From NCBI GenBank assembly GCA_964016885.1, contig OZ024752.1, forward strand, positions 29,636,001 through 29,700,000: 64,000 nt of DNA. The letters run 5' to 3'. This stretch comes from Eledone cirrhosa. Taxonomy: Eukaryota. Positions within the stretch are counted from its first letter, which is position 1, and every line of letters begins with the position of its first letter. Shown here piece by piece: positions 12,001-24,000 of the stretch. Below the pieces are notes generated by a model. The model ran no database searches and was not told where the DNA came from. It saw only the letters and a program-made list of their open reading frames with translations. Made by a program: the position numbers and the translations under genes.

Positions 12001-15000
12001 GGGGACGGGGAGGGATTCTTTTCTGAAGACCTTCTGCTGTCCAGCTATCCCAGTCCAAAACACTTGCTTGGGGACGGGGAGGGATTCTTTTCTGAAGACC
12101 TTCTGCTGTCCAGCTCTCCCAGTCCAAAACACTTGCTTGGGGAGGGGGAGGGGTTCTTTTCTGAAGACTTTGTGCTGTCCAGCTCTCCCAGTCCAAAAGA
12201 CTTGCTTGGGGAGGGGGAGGGGTTCTTTTCTGAAGACTTTCTGCTGTCCTGCTCTCCCAGTCCAAAACACTTGCTTGGGGAGGGGGAGGGATTCTTTTCT
12301 GAAGACCTTCTGCTGTCCAGCTCTCCCAGTCCAAAAGACTTGCTTGGGGAGGGGGAGGGGTTCTTTTCTGAAGACTTTCTGCTGTCCAGCTCTCCCAGTC
12401 CAAAAGACTTGCTTGGGGAGGGGGAGGGGTTATTTTCTGAAGACTTTCTGCTGTCCTGCTCTCCCAGTCCAAAACACTTGCTTGGGGAGGGGGAGGGATT
12501 CTTTTCTGAAGACCTTCTGCTGTCCAGCCCTCCCAGTCCAAAACACTTGCTTGGGGAGGGGGAGGGGTTCTTTTCTGAAGACTTTCTGCTGTCCAGCTCT
12601 CCCAGTCCAAAACACTTGCTTGGGGAGGGGGAGGGGTTCTTTACTGAAGACCTTCTGCTGTCCAGCTCTCCCAGGCCAAAAAACTTGCTTGGGGAGGGGG
12701 AGGGGTTCTTTTCTGAAGACTTTCTGCTGTCCAGCTCTCCCAGTCCAAAACACTTGCTTGGGGAGGGGGAGGGGTTCTTTTCTGAAGACCTTCTGCTGTC
12801 CAGCTCTCCCAGTCCAAAACACTTGCTTGGGGAGGGGGAGGGATTTTTTTCTGAAGACCTTCTGCAGTCTAGCTCTCCCAGTCCAAAACACTTGCTTGGG
12901 GAGGGGGAGGGATTCTTTTCTGAAGACCTTCTGCTGTCCAGCTCTCCCAGTCCAAAACACTTGCTTGGGGAGGGGGAGGGATTCTTTTCTGAAGACCTTC
13001 TGCTGTCCAGCTCTCCCAGTCCAAAACACTTGCTTGGGGAGGGGGAGGGGTTCTTTTCTGAAGACTTTCTGCTGTCCAGCTCTCCCAGTCCAAAACACTT
13101 GCTTGGGGAGGGGGAGGGATTCTTTCCTGAAGGCCTTCTGCTGTCCTGCTCTTCCAGTCCAAAACACTTGCTTGGGGAGGGGGAGGGATTCTTTACTGAA
13201 GACTTTCTGCTGTCCAGCCCTCCCAGTCCAAAACACTTGCTTGGGGAGGGGGAGGGATTCTTTCCTGAAGGCCTTCTGCTGTCCTGCTCTCCCAGTCCAA
13301 AACACTTGCTTGGGGAGGGGGAGGGATTCTTTTCTGAAGACTTTCTGCTGTCCAGCTCTCCCAGTCCAAAACACTTGCTTGGGGAGGGGGAGGGATTCTT
13401 TCCTGAAGGCCTTCTGCTGTCCTGCTCTCCCAGTCCAAAACACTTGCTTGGGGAGGGGGAGGGATTCTTTTCTGAAGACCTTCTGCTGTCCAGCTCTCCC
13501 AGTCCAAAACACTTGCTTGGGGAGGGGGAGGGGTTCTTTTCTGAAGACTTTGTGCTGTCCAGCTCTCCCAGTCCAAACACTTGCTTGGGAAGGGGGAGGG
13601 ATTCTTTTCTGAATACTTTCTGCTGTCCAGCTCTCCCAGTCCAAAACACTTGCTTGGGGAGGGGGAGGGATTCTTTTCTGAAGACTTTCTGTTGTCCAGC
13701 TCTCCCAGTACAAAACACTTGCTTGGGGAGGGGGAGGGGTTCTTTTCTGAAGACTTTGTGCTGTCCAGCTCTCCCAGTCCAAAAGACTTGCTTGGGGAGG
13801 GGGAGGGGTTCTTTTCTGAAGACTTTGTGCTGTCCAGCTCTCCCAGTCCAAAACACTTGCTTGGGGAGGGGGAGGGATTCTTTTCTGAAGACTTTCTGCT
13901 GTCCTGCTCTCCCAGTCCAAAAGACTTGCTTGGGGAGGGGGAGGGGTTCTTTTCTGATGACTTTCTGCTGTCCAGCTCTCCCAGTCCAAAACACTTGCTT
14001 GGGGAGGGGGAGGGGTTCTTTTCTGAAGACTTTGTGCTGTCCAGCTCTCCCAGTCCAAAACACTTGCTTGGGGAGGGGGAGGGATTCTTTTCTGAAGACC
14101 TTCTGCTGTCCAGCTCTCCCAGTCCAAAACACTTGCTTGGGGACGGGGAGGGATTCTTTTCTGAAGACCTTCTGCTGTCCAGCTCTCCCAGTCCAAAACA
14201 CTTGCTTGGGGAGGGGGAGGGATTCTTTTCTGAAGACCTTCTGCTGTCCAGCTCTCCCAGTCCAAAACACTTGCTTGGGGAGGGGGAGGGGTTCTTTTCT
14301 GAAGACTTTCTGCTGTCCTGCTCTCCCAGTCCAAAACACTTGCTTGGGGACGGGGAGGGATTCTTTTCTGAAGACCTTCTGCTGTCCAGCTCTCCCAGTC
14401 CAAAACACTTGCTTGGGGACGGGGAGGGATTCTTTTCTGAAGACCTTCTGCTGTCCAGCTCTCCCAGTCCAAAACACTTGCTTGGGGAGGGGGAGGGGTT
14501 CTTTTCTGAAGACTTTGTGCTGTCCAGCTCTCCCAGTCCAAAAGACTTGCTTGGGGAGGGGGAGGTGTTCTTTTCTGAAGACTTTCTGCTGTCCTGCTCT
14601 CCCAGTCCAAAACACTTGCTTGGGGAGGGGGAGGGATTCTTTTCTGAAGACCTTCTGCTGTCCAGCTCTCCCAGTCCAAAAGACTTGCTTGGGGAGGGGG
14701 AGGGGATCTTTTCTGAAGACTTTCTGCTGTCCAGCTCTCCCAGTCCAAAAGACTTGCTTGGGGAGGGGGAGGGGTTCTTTTCTGAAGACTTTCTGCTGTC
14801 CTGCTCTCCCAGTCCAAAACACTTGCTTGGGGAGGGGGAGGGATTCTTTTCTGAAGACCTTCTGCCGTCCAGCTCTCCCAGTCCAAAACACTTGCTTGGG
14901 GAGGGGGAGGGATTCTTTTCTGAAGACCTTCTGCTGTCCAGCTCTCCCAGTCCAAAACACTTGCTTGGGGAGGGGGAGGGGTTCTTTTCTGAAGACTTTG

Positions 15001-18000
15001 TGCTGTCCAGCTCTCCCAGTCCAAAACACTTGCTTGAAGAGGGGGAGGGGTTCTTTTCTGAAGACTTTGTGCTGTCCAGCTCTCCCAGTCCAAAAGACTT
15101 GCTTGGGGAGGGGGAGGGATTCTTTTCTGAAGACTTTCTGCTGTCCAGCTCTCCCAGTCCAAAAGACTTGCTTGGGGAGGGGGAGGGGTTCTTTTCTGAA
15201 GACTTTCTGCTGTCCTGCTCTCCCAGTCCAAAACACTTGCTTGGGGACGGGGAGGGATTCTTTTCTGAAGACCTTCTGCTGTCCAGCTCTCCCAGTCCAA
15301 AAGACTTGCTTGGGGAGGGGGAGGGGTTCTTTTCTGAAGACTTTCTGCTGTCCTGCTCTCCCAGTCCAAAACACTTGCTTGGGGACGGGGAGGGATTCTT
15401 TTCTGAAGACCTTCTGCTGTCCAGCTCTCCCAGTCCAAAAGACTTGCTTGGGGAGGGGGAGGGGTTCTTTTCTGAAGACTTTGTGCTGTCCAGCTCTCCC
15501 AGTCCAAAAGACTTGCTTGGGGAGGGGGAGGGATTCTTTTCTGAAGACCTTCTGCTGTCCAGCTCTCCCAGGCTAAAACACTTGCTTGGGGAGGGGGAGG
15601 GGTTCTTTTCTGAAGACCTTCTGCTGTCCAGCTCTCCCAGTCCAAAAGACTTGCTTGGGGAGGGGGAGGGGTTCTTTTCTGAAGACTTTGTGCTGTCCAG
15701 CTCTCCCAGTCCAAAAGACTTGCTTGGGGAGGGGGAGGGGTTCTTTTCTGAAGACCTTCTGCTGTCCAGCTCTCCCAGTCCAAAAGACTTGCTTGGGGAG
15801 GGGGAGGGGTTCTTTTCTGAAGACTTTCTGCTGTCCAGCTCTCCCAGTCCAAAAGACTTGCTTGGGGAGGGGGAGGGGTTCTTTTCTGAAGACTTTGTGC
15901 TGTCCAGCTCTCCCAGTCCAAAAGACTTGCTTGGGGAGGGGGAGGGGTTCTTTTCTGAAGACCTTCTGCTGTCCAGCTCTCCCAGTCCAAAAGACTTGCT
16001 TGGGGAGGGGGAGGGGTTCTTTTCTGAAGACTTTGTGCTGTCCAGCTCTCCCAGTCCAAAAGACTTGCTTGGGGAGGGGGAGGGGTTCTTTTCTGAATAC
16101 CTTCTGCTGTCCAGCTCTCCCAGTCCAAAAGACTTGCTTGGGGAGGGGGAGGGGTTCTTTTCTGAAGACTTTCTGCTGTCCAGCTCTCCCAGTCCAAAAG
16201 ACTTGCTTGGGGAGGGGGAGGGGTTCTTTTCTGAAGACTTTGTGCTGTCCAGCTCTCCCAGTCCAAAAGACTTGCTTGGGGAGGGGGAGGGGTTCTTTTC
16301 TGAAGACTTTGTGCTGTCCAGCTCTCCCAGTCCAAAAGACTTGCTTGGGGAGGGGGAGGGGTTCTTTTCTGAAGACTTTGTGCTGTCCAGCTCTCCCAGT
16401 CCAAAACACTTGCTTGGGGAGGGGGAGGGGTTCTTTTCTGAAGACTTTGTGCTGTCCAGCTCTCCCAGTCCAAAAGACTTGCTTGGGGAGGGGGAGGGGT
16501 TCTTTTCTGAAGACTTTGTGCTGTCCAGCTCTCCCAGTCCAAAAGACTTGCTTGGGGAGGGGGAGGGGTTCTTTTCTGAAGACTTTGTGCTGTCCAGCTC
16601 TCCCAGTCCAAAACACTTGCTTGGGGAGGGGGAGGGGTTCTTTTCTGAAGACTTTCTGCTGTCCAGCTCTCCCAGTCCAAAAGACTTGCTTGGGGAGGGG
16701 GATGGATTCTTTTCTGAAGACCTTCTGCTGTCCAGCTCTCCCAGTCCAAAACACTTGCTTGGGGAGGGGGAGGGGTTCTTTTCTGAAGACCTTCTGCTGT
16801 CCAGCTCTCCCAGTCGAAAAGACTTGCTTGGGGAGGGGGAGGGGTTCTTTTCTGAAGACTTTGTGCTGTCCAGCTCTCCCAGTCCAAAAGATTTGCTTGG
16901 GGAGGGGGAGGGGTTCTTTTCTGAAGACCTTCTGCTGTCCAGCTCTCCCAGTCTAAAAGACTTGCTTGGGGAGGGGGAGGGGTTCTTTTCTGAAGACCTT
17001 CTGCTGTCCAGCTCTCCCAGTCCAAAAGACTTGCTTGGGGAGGGGGAGGGGTTCTTTTCTGAAGACCTTCTGCTGTCCAGCTCTCCCAGTCCAAAACACT
17101 TGCTTGGGGAGGGGGAGGGGTTCTTTTCTGAAGACCTTCTGCAGTCCAGCCTCCCAGTCCAAAAGACTTGCTTGGGGAGGGGGAGGGGTTCTTTTCTGAA
17201 GACTTTGTGCTGTCCAGCTCTCCCAGTCCAAAAGACTTGCTTGGGGAGGGGGAGGGGTTCTTTTCTGAAGACCTTCTGCTGTCCAGCTCTCCCAGTCCAA
17301 AAGATTTGCTTGGGGAGGGGGAGGGGTTCTTTTCTGAAGACCTTCTGCTGTCCAGCTCTCCCAGTCCAAAAGACTTGCTTGGGGAGGGGGAGGGGTTCTT
17401 TTCTGAAGACTTTGTGCTGTCCAGCTCTCCCAGTCCAAAAGACTTGCTTGGGGAGGGGGAGGGGTTCTTTTCTGAAGACTTTGTGCTGTCCAGCTCTCCC
17501 AGTCCAAAAGACTTGCTTGGGGAGGGGGAGGGGTTCTTTTCTGAAGACTTTGTGCTGTCCAGCTCTCCCAGTCCAAAAGACTTGCTTGGGGAGGGGGAGG
17601 GGTTCTTTTCTGAAGACTTTCTGCTGTCCAGCTCTCCCAGTCCAAAACACTTGCTTGGGGAGGGGGAGGGGTTCTTTTCTGAAGACCTTCTGCTGTCCAG
17701 CTCTCCCAGTCCAAAACACTTGCTTGGGGAGGGGGAGGGGTTCTTTTCTGAAGACTTTGTGCTGTCCAGCTCTCCCAGTCCAAAAGACTTGCTTGGGGAG
17801 GGGGATGGATTCTTTTCTGAAGACCTTCTGCTGTCCAGCTCTCCCAGTCCAAAAGACTTGCTTGGGGAGGGGGAGGGGTTCTTTTCTGAAGACTTTGTGC
17901 TGTCCAGCTCTCCCAGTCCAAAAGACTTGCTTGGGGAGGGGGAGGGGTTCTTTTCTGAAGACTTTGTGCTGTCCAGCTCTCCCAGTCCAAAAGACTTGCT

Positions 18001-21000
18001 TGGGGAGGGGGAGGGGTTCTTTTCTGAAGACTTTGTGCTGTCCAGCTCTCCCAGTCCAAAAGACTTGCTTGGGGAGGGGGAGGGGTTCTTTTCTGAAGAC
18101 TTTGTGCTGTCCAGCTCTCCCAGTCCAAAAGACTTGCTTGGGGAGGGGGATGGATTCTTTTCTGAAGACCTTCTGCTGTCCAGCTCTCCCAGTCCAAAAG
18201 ACTTGCTTGGGGAGGGGGAGGGGTTCTTTTCTGAAGACTTTGTGCTGTCCAGCTCTCCCAGTCCAAAAGACTTGCTTGGGGAGGGGGATGGATTCTTTTC
18301 TGAAGACCTTCTGCTGTCCAGCTCTCCCAGTCCAAAAGACTTGCTTGGGGAGGGGGAGGGGTTCTTTTCTGAAGACTTTGTGCTGTCCAGCTCTCCCAGT
18401 CCAAAACACTTGCTTGGGGAGGGGGAGGGGTTCTTTTCTGAAGACTTTGTGCTGTCCAGCTCTCCCAGTCCAAAGGACTTGCTTGGGGAGGGGGAGGGGT
18501 TCTTTTCTGAAGACTTTGTGCTGTCCAGCTCTCCCAGTCCAAAACACTTGCTTGGGGAGGGGGAGGGGTTCTTTTCTGAAGACTTTGTGCTGTCCAGCTC
18601 TCCCAGTCCAAAACACTTGCTTGGGGAGGGGGAGGGGTTCTTTTCTGAAGACTTTGTGCTGTCCAGCTCTCCCAGTCCAAAAGACTTGCTTGGGGAGGGG
18701 GAGGGGTTCTTTTCTGAAGACTTTGTGCTGTCCAGCTCTCCCAGTCCAAAAGACTTGCTTGGGGAGGGGGAGGGGTTCTTTTCTGAAGACTTTGTGCTGT
18801 CCAGCTCTCCCAGTCCAAAACACTTGCTTGGGGAGGGGGAGGGGTTCTTTTCTGAAGACTTTGTGCTGTCCAGCTCTCCCAGTCCAAAACACTTGCTTGG
18901 GGAGGGGGAGGGGTTCTTTTCTGAAGACTTTGTGCTGTCCAGCTCTCCCAGTCCAAAAGACTTGCTTGGGGAGGGGGAGGGGTTCTTTTCTGAAGACTTT
19001 GTGCTGTCCAGCTCTCCCAGTCCAAAAGACTTGCTTGGGGAGGGGGAGGGGTTCTTTTCTGAAGACTTTGTGCTGTCCAGCTCTCCCAGTCCAAAAGACT
19101 TGCTTGGGGAGGGGGAGGGGTTCTTTTCTGAAGACTTTGTGCTGTCCAGCTCTCCCAGTCCAAAAGACTTGCTTGGGGAGGGGGAGGGGTTCTTTTCTGA
19201 AGACTTTGTGCTGTCCAGCTCTCCCAGTCCAAAACACTTGCTTGGGGAGGGGGAGGGGTTCTTTTCTGAAGACTTTGTGCTGTCCAGCTCTCCCAGGCCA
19301 AAACACTTGCTTGGGGAGGGGGAGGGGTTCTTTTCTGAAGACTTTCTGCTGTCCAGCTCTCCCAGTCCAAAAGACTTGCTTGGGGAGGGGGAGGGGTTCT
19401 TTTCTGAAGACTTTCTGCTGTCCAGCTCTCCCAGTCCAAAACACTTGCTTGGGGAGGGGGAGGGGTTCTTTTCTGAAGACTTTGTGCTGTCCAGCTCTCC
19501 CAGTCCAAAAGACTTGCTTGGGGAGGGGGAGGGGTTCTTTTCTGAAGACTTTGTGCTGTCCAGCTCTCCCAGTCCAAAAGACTTGCTTGGGGAGGGGGAG
19601 GGGTTCTTTTCTGAAGACTTTGTGCTGTCCAGCTCTCCCAGTCCAAAAGACTTGCTTGGGGAGGGGGAGGGGTTCTTTTCTGAAGACTTTGTGCTGTCCA
19701 GCTCTCCCAGTCCAAAAGACTTGCTTGGAGAGGGGGAGGGGTTCTTTTCTGAAGACTTTGTGCTGTCCAGCTCTCCCAGTCCAAAAGACTTGCTTGGGGA
19801 GGGGGAGGGGTTCTTTTCTGAAGACTTTGTGCTGTCCAGCTCTCCCAGTCCAAAAGACTTGCTTGGGGAGGGGGAGGGGTTCTTTTCTGAAGACTTTGTG
19901 CTGTCCAGCTCTCCCAGTCCAAAAGACTTGCTTGGGGAGGGGGAGGGGTTCTTTTCTGAAGACTTTGTGCTGTCCAGCTCTCCCAGTCCAAAACACTTGC
20001 TTGGGGAGGGGGAGGGGTTCTTTTCTGAAGACTTTGTGCTGTCCAGCTCTCCCAGTCCAAAACACTTGCTTGGGGAGGGGGAGGGGTTCTTTTCTGAAGA
20101 CTTTGTGCTGTCCAGCTCTCCCAGGCCAAAACACTTGCTTGGGGAGGGGGAGGGGTTCTTTTCTGAAGACCTTCTGCTGTCCAGCTCTCCCAGTCCAAAA
20201 GACTTGCTTGGGGAGGGGGAGGGGTTCTTTTCTGAAGACTTTGTGCTGTCCAGCTCTCCCAGTCCAAAACACTTGCTTGGGGAGGGGGAGGGGTTCTTTT
20301 CTGAAGACTTTGTGCTGTCCAGCTCTCCCAGTCCAAAAGACTTGCTTGGGGAGGGGGAGGGGTTCTTTTCTGAAGACTTTGTGCTGTCCAGCTCTCCCAG
20401 TCCAAAAGACTTGCTTGGGGAGGGGGAGGGGTTCTTTTCTGAAGACTTTGTGCTGTCCAGCTCTCCCAGTCCAAAAGACTTGCTTGGGGAGGGGGAGGGG
20501 TTCTTTTCTGAAGACTTTGTGCTGTCCAGCTCTCCCAGTCCAAAACACTTGCTTGGGGAGGGGGAGGGGTTCTTTTCTGAAGACTTTGTGCTGTCCAGCT
20601 CTCCCAGTCCAAAACACTTGCTTGGGGAGGGGGAGGGGTTCTTTTCTGAAGACTTTGTGCTGTCCAGCTCTCCCAGGCCAAAACACTTGCTTGGGGAGGG
20701 GGAGGGGTTCTTTTCTGAAGACTTTCTGCTGTCCAGCTCTCCCAGTCCAAAACACTTGCTTGGGGAGGGGGAGGGGTTCTTTTCTGAAGACCTTCTGCTG
20801 TCCAGCTCTCCCAGTCCAAAAGACTTGCTTGGGGAGGGGGAGGGGTTCTTTTCTGAAGACCTTCTGCTGTCCAGCTCTCCCAGTCCAAAAGACTTGCTTG
20901 GGGAGGGGGAGGGGTTCTTTTCTGAAGACTTTCTGCTGTCCAGCTCTCCCAGTCCAAAACACTTGCTTGGGGAGGGGGAGGGGTTCTTTTCTGAAGACTT

Positions 21001-24000
21001 TCTGCTGTCCAGCTCACCCAGTCCAAAACACTTGCTTGGGGAGGGGGAGGGGTTCTTTTCTGAAGACTTTCTGCTGTCCAGCTCTGCCAGTCCAAAACAC
21101 TTGCTTGGGGAGGGGGAGGGGTTCTTTTCTGAAGACTTTCTGCTGTCCAGCTCTCCCAGTCCAAAACACTTGCTTGGGGAGGGGGAGGGGTTCTTTTCTG
21201 AAGACTTTCTGCTGTCCAGCTCTCCCAGGCCAAAACACTTGCTTGGGGAGGGGGAGGGGTTCTTTTCTGAAGACTTTCTGCTGTCCAGCTCTCCCAGTCC
21301 AAAAGACTTGCTTGGGGAGGGGGAGGGGTTCTTTTCTGAAGACTTTCTGCTGTCCAGCTCTCCCAGTCCAAAAGACTTGCTTGGGGAGGGGGAGGGGTTC
21401 TTTTCTGAAGACTTTCTGCTGTCCAGCTCTCCCAGTCCAAAAGACTTGCTTGGGGAGGGGGAGGGGTTCTTTTCTGAAGACTTTGTGCTGTCCAGCTCTC
21501 CCAGTCCAAAACACTTGCTTGGGGAGGGGGAGGGGTTCCTTTCTGAAGACTTTGTGCTGTCCAGCTCTCCCAGTCCAAAAGACTTGCTTGGGGAGGGGGA
21601 GGGGTTCTTTTCTGAAGACTTTGTGCTGTCCAGCTCTCCCAGTCCAAAAGACTTGCTTGGGGAGGGGGAGGGGTTCTTTTCTGAAGACTTTGTGCTGTCC
21701 AGCTCTCCCAGTCCAAAACACTTGCTTGGGGAGGGGGAGGGGTTCTTTTCTGAAGACTTTGTGCTGTCCAGCTCTCCCAGGCCAAAACACTTGCTTGGGG
21801 AGGGGGAGGGGTTCTTTTCTGAAGACTTTCTGCTGTCCAGCTCTCCCAGTCCAAAAGACTTGCTTGGGGAGGGGGAGGGGTTCTTTTCTGAAGACTTTCT
21901 GCTGTCCAGCTCTCCCAGTCCAAAAGACTTGCTTGGGGAGGGGGAGGGGTTCTTTTCTGAAGACTTTCTGCTGTCCAGCTCTCCCAGTCCAAAACACTTG
22001 CTTGGGGAGGGGGAGGGGTTCTTTTCTGAAGACTTTCTGCTGTCCAGTTCTCCCAGTCCAAAACACTTGCTTGGGGAGGGGGAGGGGTTCTTTTCTGAAG
22101 ACTTTCTGCTGTCCAGCTCTGCCAGTCCAAAACACTTGCTTGGGGAGGGGGAGGGGTTCTTTTCTGAAGACTTTCTGCTGTCCAGCTCTCCCAGTCCAAA
22201 ACACTTGCTTGGGGAGGGGGAGGGGTTCTTTTCTGAAGACTTTCTGCTGTCCAGCTCTCCCAGTCCAAAAGACTTGCTTGGGGAGGGGGAGGGGTTCTTT
22301 TCTGAAGACCTTCTGCTGTCCAGCTCTCCCAGTCCAAAACACTTGCTTGGGGAGGGGGAGGGATTCTTTTCTGAAGACTTTCTGCTGTCCTGCTCTCCCA
22401 GTCCAAAACACTTGCTTGGGGAGGGGGAGGGGTTCTTTTCTGAAGACCTTCTGCTGTCCAGCTCTCCCAGTCCAAAACACTTGCTTGAGGAGGGGGAGGG
22501 ATTCTTTTCTGAAGACCTTCTGCTGTCCAGCTCTCCCAGTCCAAAACACTTGCTTGGGGAGGGGGAGGGATTCTTTTCTGAAGACCTTCTGCTGTCCAGC
22601 TCTCCCAGTCCAAAACACTTGCTTGGGGAGGGGGAGGGGTTCTTTTCTGAAGACTTTCTGCTGTCCTGCTCTCCCAGTCCAAAACACTTGCTTGGGGAGG
22701 GGGAGGGATTCTTTCCTGAAGGCCTTCTGCTGTCCTGCTCTCCCAGTCCAAAACACTTGCTTGGGGAGGGGGAGGGATTCTTTTCTGAAGACCTTCTGCT
22801 GTCCAGCTCTCCCAGTCCAAAACACTTGCTTGGGGAGGGGGAGGGGTTCTTTTCTGAAGACTTTGTGCTGTCCAGCTCTCCCAGTCCAAAACACTTGGTT
22901 GGGGAGGGGGAGGGGTTCTTTTCTGAAGACCTTCTGCTGTACAGCTCTCCCAGGCCAAAAAACTTGCTTGGGGAGGGGGAGGGGTTCTTTTCTGAAGACT
23001 TTCTGCTGTCCAGCTCTCCCAGTCCAAAAGACTTGCTTGGGGAGGGGGAGGGGTTCTTTTCTGAAGACTTTCTGCTGTCCAGCTCTCCCAGTCCAAAAGA
23101 CTTGCTTGGGGAGGGGGAGGGGTTCTTTTCTGAAGACTTTCTGCTGTCCAGCTCTCCCAGGCCAAAACACTTGCTTGGGGAGGGGGAGGGGTTCTTTTCT
23201 GAAGACCTTCTGCTGTCCAGCTCTCCCAGTCCAAAAGACTTGCTTGGGGAGGGGGAGGGGTTCTTTTCTGAAGACCTTCTGCTGTCCAGCTCTCCCAGTC
23301 CAAAAGACTTGCTTGGGGAGGGGGAGGGGTTCTTTTCTGAAGACTTTCTGCTGTCCAGCTCTCCCAGTCCAAAACACTTGCTTGGGGAGGGGGAGGGGTT
23401 CTTTTCTGAAGACTTTCTGCTGTCCAGCTCTCCCAGGCCAAAACACTTGCTTGGGGAGGGGGAGGGGTTCTTTTCTGAAGACCTTCTGCTGTCCAGCTCT
23501 CCCAGTCCAAAAGACTTGCTTGGGGAGGGGGAGGGGTTCTTTTCTGAAGACTTTCTGCTGTCCAGCTCTCCCAGTCCAAAACACTTGCTTGGGGAGGGGG
23601 AGGGGTTCTTTTCTGAAGACCTTCTGCTGTCCAGCTCTCCCAGTCCAAAAGACTTGCTTGGGGAGGGGGAGGGGTTCTTTTCTGAAGACTTTCTGCTGTC
23701 CAGCTCTCCCAGTCCAAAACACTTGCTTGGGGAGGGGGAGGGGTTCTTTTCTGAAGACTTTGTGCTGTCCAGCTCTCCCAGTCGAAAACACTTGCTTGGG
23801 GAGGGGGAGGGGTTCTTTTCTGAAGACTTTGTGCTGTCCAGCTCTCCCAGTCCAAAAGACTTGCTTGGGGAGGGGGAGGGGTTCTTTTCTGAAGACTTTG
23901 TGCTGTCCAGCTCTCCCAGTCCAAAAGACTTGCTTGGGGAGGGGGAGGGGTTCTTTTCTGAAGACTTTGTGCTGTCCAGCTCTCCCAGTCCAAAAGACTT

